From: Spirochaetales bacterium
GTDB lineage: Bacteria; Spirochaetota; Spirochaetia; Treponematales; UBA12059
Assembly (NCBI GenBank): GCA_016928955.1
Contig: JAFGJV010000004.1
Coordinates: 62,001 to 126,000 of the forward strand
DNA: 64,000 nt
Reading direction: 5' to 3'
The translations under genes were made by a program, and so were the position numbers. Position 1 is the stretch's first letter. Each line of letters begins with the position of its first letter. Shown here piece by piece: positions 10,913 through 20,359 of this stretch. The notes below the pieces were generated by a model. The model saw only the letters and a list, made by a program, of their open reading frames with translations, was not told the origin of the DNA and did no database searches.

Positions 10913-12661
10913 CTAGCGCTCTCCCAAGAGGCTCTTTAGTTCCTGAATGTCCTTTACCAGGCGCGTGCGGTCCAGGTTCTGGAAACGCTTGGGAACCATT
11001 TCCTTGCTGGTGCACTCGAGCACGGCCACCAGGTTCTGGAGTTCTATTTCGTGCGGATAGGCCGGCGGCACAAAGTCGGCCATGGTTTCCTCAAGGTCCT
11101 CCCGGGTGACAAAGGACCGGCCGTCCATGGCTGCCTTGAGCTTGGCCCGGATCAAAACGGCTTCCAGGTCGGCCCCGGAAAATTCGTGCTTGAAACGCCT
11201 GAGGAGCTCGCCCACGGGAAATTTGCGTATTTGCATGTCCAACTTGCGCACCAGGACGTCGAACAAGGCCTCTTTTTCTGCCTCTCCCTCGGGGTAGAAC
11301 AGTGCAAGATGCTCCTCGGCTCTGCCCTGGCGCTTGAGGTCTATGGGCAGGAGGTCCGGGCGGCAGGTAATGAGGAACCAGATGATCCTGCCGCGATACT
11401 CGGTGTTGCCCATGAAGCTGGCCAGCTGGGCAAAGATGCGGTTTGACGTGCCCGAGTCACCGTCCTGGTCGCGGTCGCCAAGGAAGGCGTCGGCCTCGTC
11501 TATCATGACGGCCACCGGGGCCATGGCCTTGAGTATGGCCAGGACCTTCTCTAAGTTAGACTCGGTCACGCCCTGCCATTTGGAGCGGAAATTCTTGAAC
11601 TTGACCATGGGCACGCCTATCTCCCCGGCAAAGGCGCTGACCATGAAGCTCTTGCCCGTGCCCACGGGGCCGGCTATCAGGTACCCCATGGGAAGGACGT
11701 CCAGCCGGCCCTGCTTGAGGGCTCGGGCGGCGTGCCTGAAGCGCTTGCGGACGAATTCGTGGCCGGACACATAAGACAGGTCATGTTCGGTGTCCAGGAA
11801 TTCCAGGAGACCGCCGGCCTCGCTCTCTATGATTTCCCGTTTTTTGGCCTTGAGGTAGTCCATGGATATGGGCTTGTCCTCTTGCCAGCTCTCGGCCGCC
11901 AGGCGATTGAGGTTGACCAGGTTGAGTCCCGACGTTATGGAGCCAACGGCATCCGGAGCCAGGCCCTTGTCCAGGAGCAGGGTGCCTTTGCCGTCCAAGA
12001 AGCGGAGGAAACTGGAGCGCACGGGCTCGTCCGGCATGGGTATCTCCACCTTGATGGTGGACGGGCTCGCGACAACGCGGGGATTGAGGTCGGCCAGGTT
12101 TTCCGACAGGAGGATGACGGACACGTCGCCCTTGGTGAACACGGGATCGTGGGACCAGCGGTTCAGCGTGACAAAGCAGTAGCGGTCGGCGTCGTCCAGC
12201 TTGGCCACCTCGCCGGCGGGTACCACGGTCTCTGCGTAGTCCACGATGAGGACGATGCGTTTCTTCTGGGGTATGTTGAGCAGGAAGTAGCGCTCCAAGG
12301 TCCGCAGGGCCACGGTCGGGTCGCTTGAGAACAGCTCGTCGTCAGACGCGTCCGGAAGGCGCTCCCGCATGGCCTTGACGTAGTCCTTCTGCATGTCGGG
12401 GGTGCAGAAGGACACGCCGCTTGAGCGGTCCCAGAACGCTATGATGTCGCGGTTGCCGAACAGTACCTCGGACACGTAGTCCTGGATCTTCACAAAGTTG
12501 AACTCGCCCTCGTTCATCTTGTGGGGCAGGAAATCCCTGATATTGCCGTGGATGATGTAGAGATTGGCGGTCTTCGAGCAGTATTTGTAGGAAAGCTCCT
12601 GGGCCCAGGCGGGTAGAATCTTGATAAAGGGCAGGTTTTTGACGATGAGCTGTTCTTTCAT
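10913..12661 (-). CDS. AAA+ ATPase (degenerate N-terminal AAA-like domain plus intact C-terminal AAA domain)
   Basis: GPVGTGKS Walker A, VMIDEAD Walker B, SKWQG pore loop, DLKRQGR arginine finger. Confidence 0.9.
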   Translation of the reverse strand: MKEQLIVKNLPFIKILPAWAQELSYKYCSKTANLYIIHGNIRDFLPHKMNEGEFNFVKIQDYVSEVLFGNRDIIAFWDRSSGVSFCTPDMQKDYVKAMRERLPDASDDELFSSDPTVALRTLERYFLLNIPQKKRIVLIVDYAETVVPAGEVAKLDDADRYCFVTLNRWSHDPVFTKGDVSVILLSENLADLNPRVVASPSTIKVEIPMPDEPVRSSFLRFLDGKGTLLLDKGLAPDAVGSITSGLNLVNLNRLAAESWQEDKPISMDYLKAKKREIIESEAGGLLEFLDTEHDLSYVSGHEFVRKRFRHAARALKQGRLDVLPMGYLIAGPVGTGKSFMVSAFAGEIGVPMVKFKNFRSKWQGVTESNLEKVLAILKAMAPVAVMIDEADAFLGDRDQDGDSGTSNRIFAQLASFMGNTEYRGRIIWFLITCRPDLLPIDLKRQGRAEEHLALFYPEGEAEKEALFDVLVRKLDMQIRKFPVGELLRRFKHEFSGADLEAVLIRAKLKAAMDGRSFVTREDLEETMADFVPPAYPHEIELQNLVAVLECTSKEMVPKRFQNLDRTRLVKDIQELKSLLGER

Positions 12662-12861
12662 GCCGCCTCCGTGCTCGCGGTAAAGGGACGACCACGATAA
12701 ACGGGTCCACGGCCATAGTAGCCCGCGGACGGGGGCCTGGGCAAGCGTCCCGCCCTTGACGGCAAACGCCTATGGCCGATACTGCTAGCAGGGCGCCGAG
12801 CGTCCATTCATGCTGGAAATTTTGCCGGCGGGCCACCGAGGAACCGCCGCACGGAGAACGT

Positions 12862-14193
12862 ATGGCTATACCGTATGAGATTGAGCGCATAAAAGCCTGG
12901 GTAACGGCGGCCGACATGGGCCTTGGGCACAAGCGGGCCGTCTATCCTCTGTCCTTCATGGCCGAGGAGAGCGTCATCGTGGCCAACTCCGCGGCCTTTG
13001 CCGAGCCCGACGAACTCAAGATATGGGACACCATGCGCTCGGCGTACGAGCGCCTGTCCCGCGTCAAGAGCGTACCCCTGGTCGGGAACCTCCTCTTTGG
13101 CATCATGGACTATTTCCAGTCCATAAAGCCGCCGTACCCCAGGGTCGACCTTTCCTTTCCAACCATACAGACGCGCTTTGTGGACCGCATGGTGGGCAAG
13201 GGGCTGTGCCGCACCATGCTCAAGAAGATGGACACCAAGCCCCTGCCCATGGTCACCAGTTTTTTCCAGAACGCAATGGCGGCCAACGCGGCAGGGCACG
13301 GCAGGGTGTACTGCATCATATGCGACGCGGACATAAACCGGGTATGGGTGTCCAGTGCTCCCAAAACCTCCCGCGTGGAGTACTTTGTTCCCTGCGGGAG
13401 CGCCCTGCTCAGGCTCAGGCAGTACGGGGTGCCGGACGATAAGATTTACATGACGGGCTTTCCGCTCCCGCTCGAGCTCCTGGGCAACGAGGACCTGGAC
13501 GTGCTGAAAGCGGACCTTGGCAGGCGCCTGGCCGTGCTGGATCCCAAAGAGCGTTTCCGGCCCCTCCATGGCCTCAATGTCGAGCACTTCCTTGGCAAGA
13601 AGAACGCCAAGGCCAAGGCAGACCGGCCTCCGACCATAGCGTTCGCCGTGGGCGGTGCGGGGGCCCAGAAGGACATAGGCGCGGCGGCGCTCAAGAGCCT
13701 GGCGCCCAAACTCAAGGCCGGGGAGGCCAGGCTCAACCTGATAGCCGGGCTCCGCAAGGAAGTGGCAGAGTACTTCCAGGCCCTGATAGACGAGTACGCT
13801 CCGGGCTGCCCGAACGTGCGCGTCATATGGGGCCAGACGGACGCGGAGTACTTTGGCGCCTTTAACGAATCCCTCCACGATACGGACATCCTGTGGACCA
13901 AGCCCAGCGAGCTGTCGTTCTACGTGGGCCTGGGCTTGCCCATCATATCCGCGCCGTGCATAGGCTCGCAGGAACGTTTCAACCGGCGCTGGCTGGAGTC
14001 CGTCCAGGCCTGCTACGACCAGCACGACCCGGAATACGCGCACGAGTGGATATTTGAGTACCTGAACGACGGCCGCTTTGCCGAGGCCGCCTGGTCGGGC
14101 TTTCTCAAGGCCAGGAAATACGGCACCTACAAGATCATGGAGATTCTGGCCACGGGCACCATGAAGCGGGAGAGCTCCCCGCTCAAGCGCTGA
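12862..14193 (+). CDS. GT-B fold glycosyltransferase-like protein (MGDG-synthase-related)
   Basis: DMGLGHKRA, TGFPLP, VGGAG, WTKPSE, IGSQERFN; GGAG RBS. Confidence 0.7.
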   Translation: MAIPYEIERIKAWVTAADMGLGHKRAVYPLSFMAEESVIVANSAAFAEPDELKIWDTMRSAYERLSRVKSVPLVGNLLFGIMDYFQSIKPPYPRVDLSFPTIQTRFVDRMVGKGLCRTMLKKMDTKPLPMVTSFFQNAMAANAAGHGRVYCIICDADINRVWVSSAPKTSRVEYFVPCGSALLRLRQYGVPDDKIYMTGFPLPLELLGNEDLDVLKADLGRRLAVLDPKERFRPLHGLNVEHFLGKKNAKAKADRPPTIAFAVGGAGAQKDIGAAALKSLAPKLKAGEARLNLIAGLRKEVAEYFQALIDEYAPGCPNVRVIWGQTDAEYFGAFNESLHDTDILWTKPSELSFYVGLGLPIISAPCIGSQERFNRRWLESVQACYDQHDPEYAHEWIFEYLNDGRFAEAAWSGFLKARKYGTYKIMEILATGTMKRESSPLKR

Positions 14194-14249
14194 GGCTTGC
14201 CGGTTTTCATAGCCGCAGGGAGGGTGGAATAGGTATATTGGCCACGACT

Positions 14250-15386
14250 ATGAGCGATCAACCGAAAATTCTCATGACCATGCTTGAGGTGGGCTTTGGC
14301 CACAAGGCCCCCGCCAACGCCGTCCGGGACGCGCTGTCCGTGCTGTATCCCGGGCGTTTCCACGTGGACGTGGTGGACTTCGCTCGCGAGAGCGGGGCCT
14401 TGGCCATAGACGACCAGCTCAAACGGACCTGGGATTTCGGCCTGGCCTTTCCGCCATCGGCGCGCATCGGCTATCTGCTCATAGAGCTGGCCGGCAGTAA
14501 CAAGGGCTATTTGGACGTGTTGTTCAAGGATTTTGTGGACAAAGGCATGGACTACATACGGTCCTACGGGCCGGACCTGGTCTTTGCGACGCACCCCCTG
14601 TGCCTGTATATCGCCGTTAAGGCCCGCACCCAGCTGGGCTTGAATTTCAAGGTTGTGGCCTACGTGGTGGATCCCTTTGACGGATACGCGTGGTGGGCTG
14701 AAGAGGGCGCGGACGCCATACTCGTGGCCACCGAGCGGTCAAAGCAGCGTCTCCTCAAGCACGGCATCAGTGAGCGGCTGATCAGGGTCCTGGGCTTTCC
14801 CATCAACAATAAATTCCTGGAGTTGCCGGACAACGCGGCCACCATCAAGGAACGCCTTGGCCTGGATCCGGACAAGCGAACCGTGCTGGTAACCGCCGGC
14901 GGCCAGGGTATAGGCATCGTCTATTTTTTTGTGGAGGCTATGAGCCTTCTCAACCTGCCCCTGAACGTTATCATTGTGTCCGGCAAGAACAAGACCACAA
15001 AAAAGCGCATGGACAGGCTCGTCGGCACGTCCAAGCGGACGAACATACTGTCCCTCGGCTACGTGACCAACATGAACGAACTGGTGGCGGCCTGCGACGT
15101 GGTGGCCGGCAAGGCCGGGGCGTCCACGGCCATGGAGTCCTTCTTCCTCAACAAACCGGTGGTGTTCACCGAGTGGGCCACGTTCAACGACCGGTACATC
15201 ATCAACTTTGTGCTTGATTACAAGATTGGGTGGTACTGCCCCACCTTGTTCTCCTTCAACCGCGCAATGAAGGACATAGCCTTGGACCAGGGCTTGGCCG
15301 AGCGTGAAACCAACCTGGCGGAGCTCGCGTTGCGGCCCGGCACCGACGACGTGGCACGTTTCCTGGCACGGGAACTGGGTGCCTAG
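14250..15386 (+). CDS. MGDG synthase/UgtP family diacylglycerol glycosyltransferase
   Basis: GFGHKAPA, ATHP, GFPI, TAGGQG, GYVTNMNEL, GKAGAST. Confidence 0.85.
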   Translation: MSDQPKILMTMLEVGFGHKAPANAVRDALSVLYPGRFHVDVVDFARESGALAIDDQLKRTWDFGLAFPPSARIGYLLIELAGSNKGYLDVLFKDFVDKGMDYIRSYGPDLVFATHPLCLYIAVKARTQLGLNFKVVAYVVDPFDGYAWWAEEGADAILVATERSKQRLLKHGISERLIRVLGFPINNKFLELPDNAATIKERLGLDPDKRTVLVTAGGQGIGIVYFFVEAMSLLNLPLNVIIVSGKNKTTKKRMDRLVGTSKRTNILSLGYVTNMNELVAACDVVAGKAGASTAMESFFLNKPVVFTEWATFNDRYIINFVLDYKIGWYCPTLFSFNRAMKDIALDQGLAERETNLAELALRPGTDDVARFLARELGA

Positions 15387-15552
15387 CAGACTGTTGAAAA
15401 CCCCTATGCTTTTTAAACAGCCCGATCAAGGGGCAAGGGCCCGGCGCTTGCGTCGCACGGTCGCCTGTGATACTATCCTGGGCGGAGAGACACAGGGCGG
15501 CCCGGCTGTCCGAAGTCTCCCGCGGTATCACGATCTGTAAGGAGACTCTACC

Positions 15553-15723
15553 ATGGCATACAAGGTGACTGACGCTTGCGTGAATTGTGGCGCGTGCGAC
15601 GCTGAGTGCCCCGTTGAGGCCATCAGCGAGAAGAACGGCGCCCGCTGGATAGATCCGGCCAAGTGCACCGATTGCGGTTCCTGCGCCGCCGTTTGTCCGG
15701 TTGAGGCCATTGTCCAGGCCTAA
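15553..15723 (+). CDS. 2[4Fe-4S] ferredoxin, clostridial type (56 aa; absent from ORF track)
   Basis: Manual translation MAYKVTDACVNCGACDAECPVEAISEKNGARWIDPAKCTDCGSCAAVCPVEAIVQA*; two CxxCxxCxxxCP motifs; AAGGAG RBS. Confidence 0.97.
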   Translation: MAYKVTDACVNCGACDAECPVEAISEKNGARWIDPAKCTDCGSCAAVCPVEAIVQA

Positions 15724-15792
15724 GGTTTTCTGACACGCGGGCCTTGCCCGCTTTTGGGGTAGCACGGCGCCTGGCGCCTGCCCTTACCACAA

Positions 15793-15837
15793 GCCGCTTC
15801 CGCGTGGCCGCAAGCCCGCGGGGGCGGTTGTTTTTTT
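15793..15837 (+). terminator. Rho-independent terminator after ferredoxin
   Basis: GCCGCTTCCGCG...CGCGGGGGCGGT stem followed by a T run. Confidence 0.7.
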
Positions 15838-15874
15838 AAGTGCGGCGCCGTGCGAGCGGAGCGGTTTTGGCTGG

Positions 15875-16867
15875 TCAGCGCTCGGCTATTTCGCGGATCA
15901 GGGAGCGCGTTTCGGGCCAGGACAGGCAGGGATCGGTGACGGATACCCTGGGAAGGGGTTTCTGGCCTTGCCGGATGTCCTGCCTGCCCCCGTCTATGTA
16001 CGACTCGATCATCATGCCGCTCAGCGGGACGCCCCGCTTGCGAAGTGCCAGGAGCGAACGCGCGATCTCGGCCTGGCGCGAGGGCACGCCGGCGGAATTG
16101 CCGTGGGACACGTCGACCATCACGGTCTTGGGCAAACCAGAGGCTGCCGCGCGGTTGGCCACCGCCCCGGCAAGGGGCCAGTTAGGTTCGTCTTCGGTGC
16201 CGCGCAGGATGATATGGGAGCAAGGATTCCCGGTGGCGACTCTTTCCTCCACGCGGCCGGCATCTGAGTGGAGGAGTACGCTGGTGCTGCCCGCGGCCGC
16301 GGAAGCGGCGTTCAGCGCCGTGTCTATGCGGCCGTCCCTGCCGTTTTTGAAGCCGCAGGCGCAGGGCAGGGATGCGGCCGCCTCCCTGAGGGCTTGCGAT
16401 TCGACCCCGCGCGCTCCGACCGAAGCGTAGGACAGGAGGTCTGCCCAATACGGCCACAGGAAGGGCGACACGAGCTCGGCGGCCAGGGGCAGGCCCAGGT
16501 CCAGGATGCCAAGCATCAGGGACCGGGCGGAGCGCATGCCTGCCGCAACGCCCTCAGATCCGTCCATGGCAGGATCCCGGGCCATGCCGCGCCAACCTAG
16601 GCCGGTGCGAGACTTTTCCACGTAACAGCGCATGACCACCAAAAGGCGTTCCGACAGGCTCCTGGCCTCGGCCGCAAGGAGGCTGGCGTATTCCAGGGCT
16701 CCGTCCCTGTCGTGGACGGAGCAGGGTCCAACGACCACGAGCAGGCGAGTATCCGCGCCCCTGAGTATGTTGATCGCGTCCTGGGAGCTCTGGCGGACCA
16801 GCGCGGCGTTAGCGTCGGTAAGCGGCAGTTCGGTTTTCAGCTCTCCGGGCGTCGGGATGTCGCTCAT
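15875..16867 (-). CDS. DAHP synthase class I-alpha (AroF/G/H family)
   Basis: VVGPCSVHD, EKSRT, VGAR..ESQ, GFKNG, ILRG, DVSHGNS, GMMIES, SVTD. Confidence 0.92.
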   Translation of the reverse strand: MSDIPTPGELKTELPLTDANAALVRQSSQDAINILRGADTRLLVVVGPCSVHDRDGALEYASLLAAEARSLSERLLVVMRCYVEKSRTGLGWRGMARDPAMDGSEGVAAGMRSARSLMLGILDLGLPLAAELVSPFLWPYWADLLSYASVGARGVESQALREAAASLPCACGFKNGRDGRIDTALNAASAAAGSTSVLLHSDAGRVEERVATGNPCSHIILRGTEDEPNWPLAGAVANRAAASGLPKTVMVDVSHGNSAGVPSRQAEIARSLLALRKRGVPLSGMMIESYIDGGRQDIRQGQKPLPRVSVTDPCLSWPETRSLIREIAER

Positions 16868-16871
16868 GGTC

Positions 16872-18116
16872 TTACAGGTCCTCGCGCTCCACTGGGCAGG
16901 TCATGCAACGGGCGCCGCCGCCGCCTCTGGCAAGCTCTATGCCGTCAAAGCCAACGACCAGCCGTCCGTAATCGGCGGCCTTTTCCCGGCCTTCCACAAA
17001 GTCGTCGGCCTTGCGGTAGGCAAAGCCAGCCTTGGCCAGGGCCTCGAGCGTATAGGAATTGCAGCTGTACATGACGATTTTGCCAGGGGCAAAGGCAAAC
17101 GAGTTGGCGCCGGAAAGCCACTGCTCGCGTTCCTGGTACAGCCGGTGCCCGCTTCCGCACAACACGGGCTCAAGGTCTATGCCGGCGCCCTTCAAGCCCT
17201 GAAGGAGCCCGTCCTCCTCATGGAACGACAGGCCGCCTTTGGGATTGGCGTCTATGCGTATGACGCGGGCGCGGTCTCGGCCCGTTACGACGGGACCGTA
17301 CACCAGGGCGGCGTCCCGGTCTATCATGGTGAACACCATGTCCAGGTGGATGGTGGCGCGCTCGCGGGGTATCATGACCGCGAAGACGCTGACCGGCTCT
17401 CCTGCCTTGCGCGCCGCGTTGGCCGCCACCCGTTCCACGGCGTCCGCGGTGGTGCGCTCAGACACGCCTATGGCCAGCACCGTTGGCGACAGGACCAGGA
17501 AATCCCCGCCCTCTATGGTGATGTAGTTACTGCGCTCCTCGGGACCGTTGAGGATGAAGTCCTTGGCCATGAAGTCCGGGTGATGCTTGAAAATGAAGCG
17601 CGTAACGATGCTCTCTATCAGGCGCACGTCAAAGGCGGTAGCGCCGGACAGCACGCAGCTCCGGAACACGGCCGCCGAGTCGCGCATGAAGTACGCGTTG
17701 GGCAGGGGCCGCATGACGAACGAGTGGGGGTCGATCATGGACGACAGGCTGCGCTCCAGGGACGGGAGCCCCTCTATGGTCATGCGGGACAGCTCCTGGG
17801 CGCCCATTGCCATGAGCTCGTCCATGCGGTTGCGTATGGGGCAGAGGGTTGCCAGGGTGCGCAGGAGCTCGAATTTGTTGCCGTCGGCGGCTATGGCCTC
17901 AGCCAGCAGGTCCGTTACCTCGTAGGTGGACGCAACCGTGGACAGGAAGGACTTCAGGCGGTCGTACTCCGCGCGGACTGCCTCAAGGGGTATGATGTCG
18001 TTGTAGAGGTCGCGCTCGGCCTCCTTGGGGGTCATGGCCTCTATCTCGTAGCCGGGTGTATGGATGATGACGCGCTTGAGCGTGCCTATCTCGCTGGTGA
18101 CGTTCAACTTGGGCAT
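16872..18116 (-). CDS. arcA: Arginine deiminase
   Basis: LNVTSEIGTL, PNAYFMRD, IEGGD, GVSERT, IHLDMVFT, GGGGARCMTCP catalytic Cys. Confidence 0.95.
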   Translation of the reverse strand: MPKLNVTSEIGTLKRVIIHTPGYEIEAMTPKEAERDLYNDIIPLEAVRAEYDRLKSFLSTVASTYEVTDLLAEAIAADGNKFELLRTLATLCPIRNRMDELMAMGAQELSRMTIEGLPSLERSLSSMIDPHSFVMRPLPNAYFMRDSAAVFRSCVLSGATAFDVRLIESIVTRFIFKHHPDFMAKDFILNGPEERSNYITIEGGDFLVLSPTVLAIGVSERTTADAVERVAANAARKAGEPVSVFAVMIPRERATIHLDMVFTMIDRDAALVYGPVVTGRDRARVIRIDANPKGGLSFHEEDGLLQGLKGAGIDLEPVLCGSGHRLYQEREQWLSGANSFAFAPGKIVMYSCNSYTLEALAKAGFAYRKADDFVEGREKAADYGRLVVGFDGIELARGGGGARCMTCPVEREDL

Positions 18117-18237
18117 GGGACGTTCCTTTCCCCTGTCTGTGGAAACCAAAGTGGCTGGCGTAGTGGTTATGCCGTAGGGCGTGCCTGGGCGTAATTCTAG
18201 CGGATAGGGCGACGAGTGAAAAGAGCTCGACCCCTTC

Positions 18238-18251
18238 CGTATAAATATGCA
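18238..18251. promoter_or_regulatory. Putative ARG box (ArgR operator)
   Basis: CGTATAAATATGCA closely matches the TGMATAAWWATKCA consensus; lies between divergent arginine genes. Confidence 0.6.
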
Positions 18252-18285
18252 CGGCCCGCGCATAAAACCTTCATATAAATTTTTC

Positions 18286-18315
18286 TTGACAGCGATTTTT
18301 TGCGGTACCTATACT
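18286..18315 (+). promoter_or_regulatory. Sigma70-type promoter
   Basis: TTGACA-N18-TATACT upstream of the CDS at 18371. Confidence 0.65.
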
Positions 18316-18370
18316 GCCGTGACGCCGGGCGGAAATCCGGCGGATCGTGCGCAACGAAAGGTGGTTTTTC

Positions 18371-19708
18371 ATGGCCAAGCGCAACGTTATCATTATAGGA
18401 GCCGCGGGTCGCGACTTCCACAACTTCAACACCTTCTTCCGCGACAACGCCGACTACAACGTCGTGGCGTTCACCGCGGCCCAGATCCCCGACATAGACG
18501 ACCGCAAGTACCCGGCCGCCCTTGCAGGAAAACTGTATCCAGATGGCATACCGATACACGCCGAGAGCGAGCTGCCCGAGCTGATCAAGAAGCTCAAGGT
18601 GGACGAGTGCGTGTTCTCCTACTCAGACGTGCCCTATACGCACGTCATGGGCGTAGGCGCCATCGTCAACGCGGCCGGCGCAACCTTCAGGCTGCTCGGC
18701 CCCAACGACACCCAGGTCAAGTCGACCAAGCCGGTCATCGGCGTGTGCGCTGTGCGCACCGGAGCGGGCAAGAGCCAGACCAGCCGCAAGATCGTGCAGA
18801 TGCTCATGGACAAGGGCCTCAAGGTTGTGGCCATCAGGCATCCCATGCCCTACGGCGACCTCGTCAAGCAGAAGGTCCAGCGCTTTGCGACCGTGGAAGA
18901 CCTCAAGAAGCACGAGTGCACCATCGAGGAAATGGAAGAGTACGAGCCGCACGTGGTGCGCGGCAACGTCATCTACGCCGGCGTTGACTACGAGGCCATC
19001 CTCCGCGAGGCCGAGAAGGAAGCCGACGTCATCCTGTGGGACGGCGGCAACAACGACTTCCCGTTCTACAAGACCGACCTCCTGATCACGGTGGCGGATC
19101 CCCACCGCCCGGGCAATGAAGTGTCCTTCTACCCCGGCGAGGTTTCCCTGCGCATGGCGGACGTCATCGTCATCAACAAGATAGACACGGCCAGCCCAGA
19201 GGGCATCCAGACCGTCCGAGAGAACATCCAGCGGGTCAACCCCAAGGCCACCGTCATAGACGGCGCCAGCCCCATCACGGTGGACAAGCCCGAGCTCATC
19301 AAGGGCAAGAAAGTCCTGTGCGTGGAAGACGGCCCGACGCTCACCCACGGCCACATGAAGATAGGCGCCGGCGTGGTGGCTGCCCGCAAGTTCGGCGCCG
19401 CCGAGCTGGTTGACCCGCGCCCCTACGTGGTGGGCAAGCTGGCCGAAACCTTCAAGATCTACCCGAACATCGGCACCCTCCTGCCGGCCATGGGGTATGG
19501 GGAGCAGCAGGTCAAGGACCTGGAGAAGACGATCGAGAAGACCGAGTGCGACACCGTGCTCATAGCCACGCCGATCGACCTCAACCGCATCGTCAAGATC
19601 CAGAAACCCACGGTCAAGGTAGGCTACGACCTCCAGGAGATCGGAAACCCCAACCTGAGCGAGGTGCTGGACGATTTCCTCAAGAAGCACGCGCTCGGCA
19701 AAAAATAA
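18371..19708 (+). CDS. COG2403 P-loop protein (cyclic 2,3-diphosphoglycerate synthetase-like); probable arginine synthetase ArcE
   Basis: GAAGRDFHNFN, AVRTGAGKSQT, IRHPMPYG, TIEEMEEYEPH, WDGGNND, VEDGPTLTHG; strongly biased codons; divergent from arcA. Confidence 0.85.
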   Translation: MAKRNVIIIGAAGRDFHNFNTFFRDNADYNVVAFTAAQIPDIDDRKYPAALAGKLYPDGIPIHAESELPELIKKLKVDECVFSYSDVPYTHVMGVGAIVNAAGATFRLLGPNDTQVKSTKPVIGVCAVRTGAGKSQTSRKIVQMLMDKGLKVVAIRHPMPYGDLVKQKVQRFATVEDLKKHECTIEEMEEYEPHVVRGNVIYAGVDYEAILREAEKEADVILWDGGNNDFPFYKTDLLITVADPHRPGNEVSFYPGEVSLRMADVIVINKIDTASPEGIQTVRENIQRVNPKATVIDGASPITVDKPELIKGKKVLCVEDGPTLTHGHMKIGAGVVAARKFGAAELVDPRPYVVGKLAETFKIYPNIGTLLPAMGYGEQQVKDLEKTIEKTECDTVLIATPIDLNRIVKIQKPTVKVGYDLQEIGNPNLSEVLDDFLKKHALGKK

Positions 19709-19728
19709 CAAGCGGACGTTGAGTACTG

Positions 19729-19757
19729 AGGGCCGCCTCCAGGGGCGGCCCTTCTTT
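19729..19757 (+). terminator. Rho-independent terminator
   Basis: AGGGCCGCC / GGCGGCCCT stem followed by TCTTT. Confidence 0.75.
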
Positions 19758-19823
19758 GGTTCCTGCCGCGGTATTGTGGCCACAAGGGCGGAAAGACGTG
19801 CTATTGTGGCCCAAGGAGGCTCT

Positions 19824-20249
19824 ATGAGCGAAGCGATCGAGCTGCGCGACTATGTGGAAGGCGACTATGTCTCCCTGGTCGAGCTGTGGGCGTCCACGGG
19901 CGTGGGCAATCCCGCGCGCGGCGATACAGCCGAGAGCATACAGCGGACCTTGGACCAGGGCGGACGCCTGGTGGTGCTGGACTCTGAGGGCTGGATCGTG
20001 GGCTCGGCCTGGCTCACCGACGACGGGCGCAGGCTGTACCTGCACCACATGGCCGTGGCACCCAGCCTCCAGGGCAAGGGACTGGGCAGGATGCTCATGA
20101 ACGCGGCCATGGATACCGCCCGCGAGCGCGGCATGCAGATGAAACTGGAAGTACACCGAGACAACGGCCGGGCCCGCGCCCTGTACGAATCCTGCGACTT
20201 TGCGCCGCTGGAAGGGTATGACACCATGATCAGGCGCAGGGTGGACTGA
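19824..20249 (+). CDS. GNAT family N-acetyltransferase
   Basis: AAGGAGG RBS; VAPSLQGKGLG acetyl-CoA motif; N..ARALYE. Confidence 0.9.
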   Translation: MSEAIELRDYVEGDYVSLVELWASTGVGNPARGDTAESIQRTLDQGGRLVVLDSEGWIVGSAWLTDDGRRLYLHHMAVAPSLQGKGLGRMLMNAAMDTARERGMQMKLEVHRDNGRARALYESCDFAPLEGYDTMIRRRVD

Positions 20250-20330
20250 GAGACGCTCGTCGCCACGAACCCGTACAAAGAACCTCGTTCGCTCGCCCGA
20301 ATCGCCCCCTTTTTATTTTTTCTTTGGGGA

Positions 20331-20359
20331 TTGACCGCACTCCATGCTGGTTTTACGAT
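20331..20359 (+). promoter_or_regulatory. Sigma70-type promoter for cstA
   Basis: TTGACC-N17-TACGAT with a T-rich upstream tract. Confidence 0.55.

Noticed and set aside
10913..12661. AAA ATPase as part of a defence, eCIS or T6SS system
   Set aside because: No partner nuclease, protease, sheath or tube genes nearby
16632..18194. 520-aa plus-strand ORF
   Set aside because: Antisense shadow of arcA and the DAHP synthase gene
18623..19783. 386-aa minus-strand ORF
   Set aside because: Shadow of a strongly codon-biased gene; typical V/L/D/G-rich antisense composition
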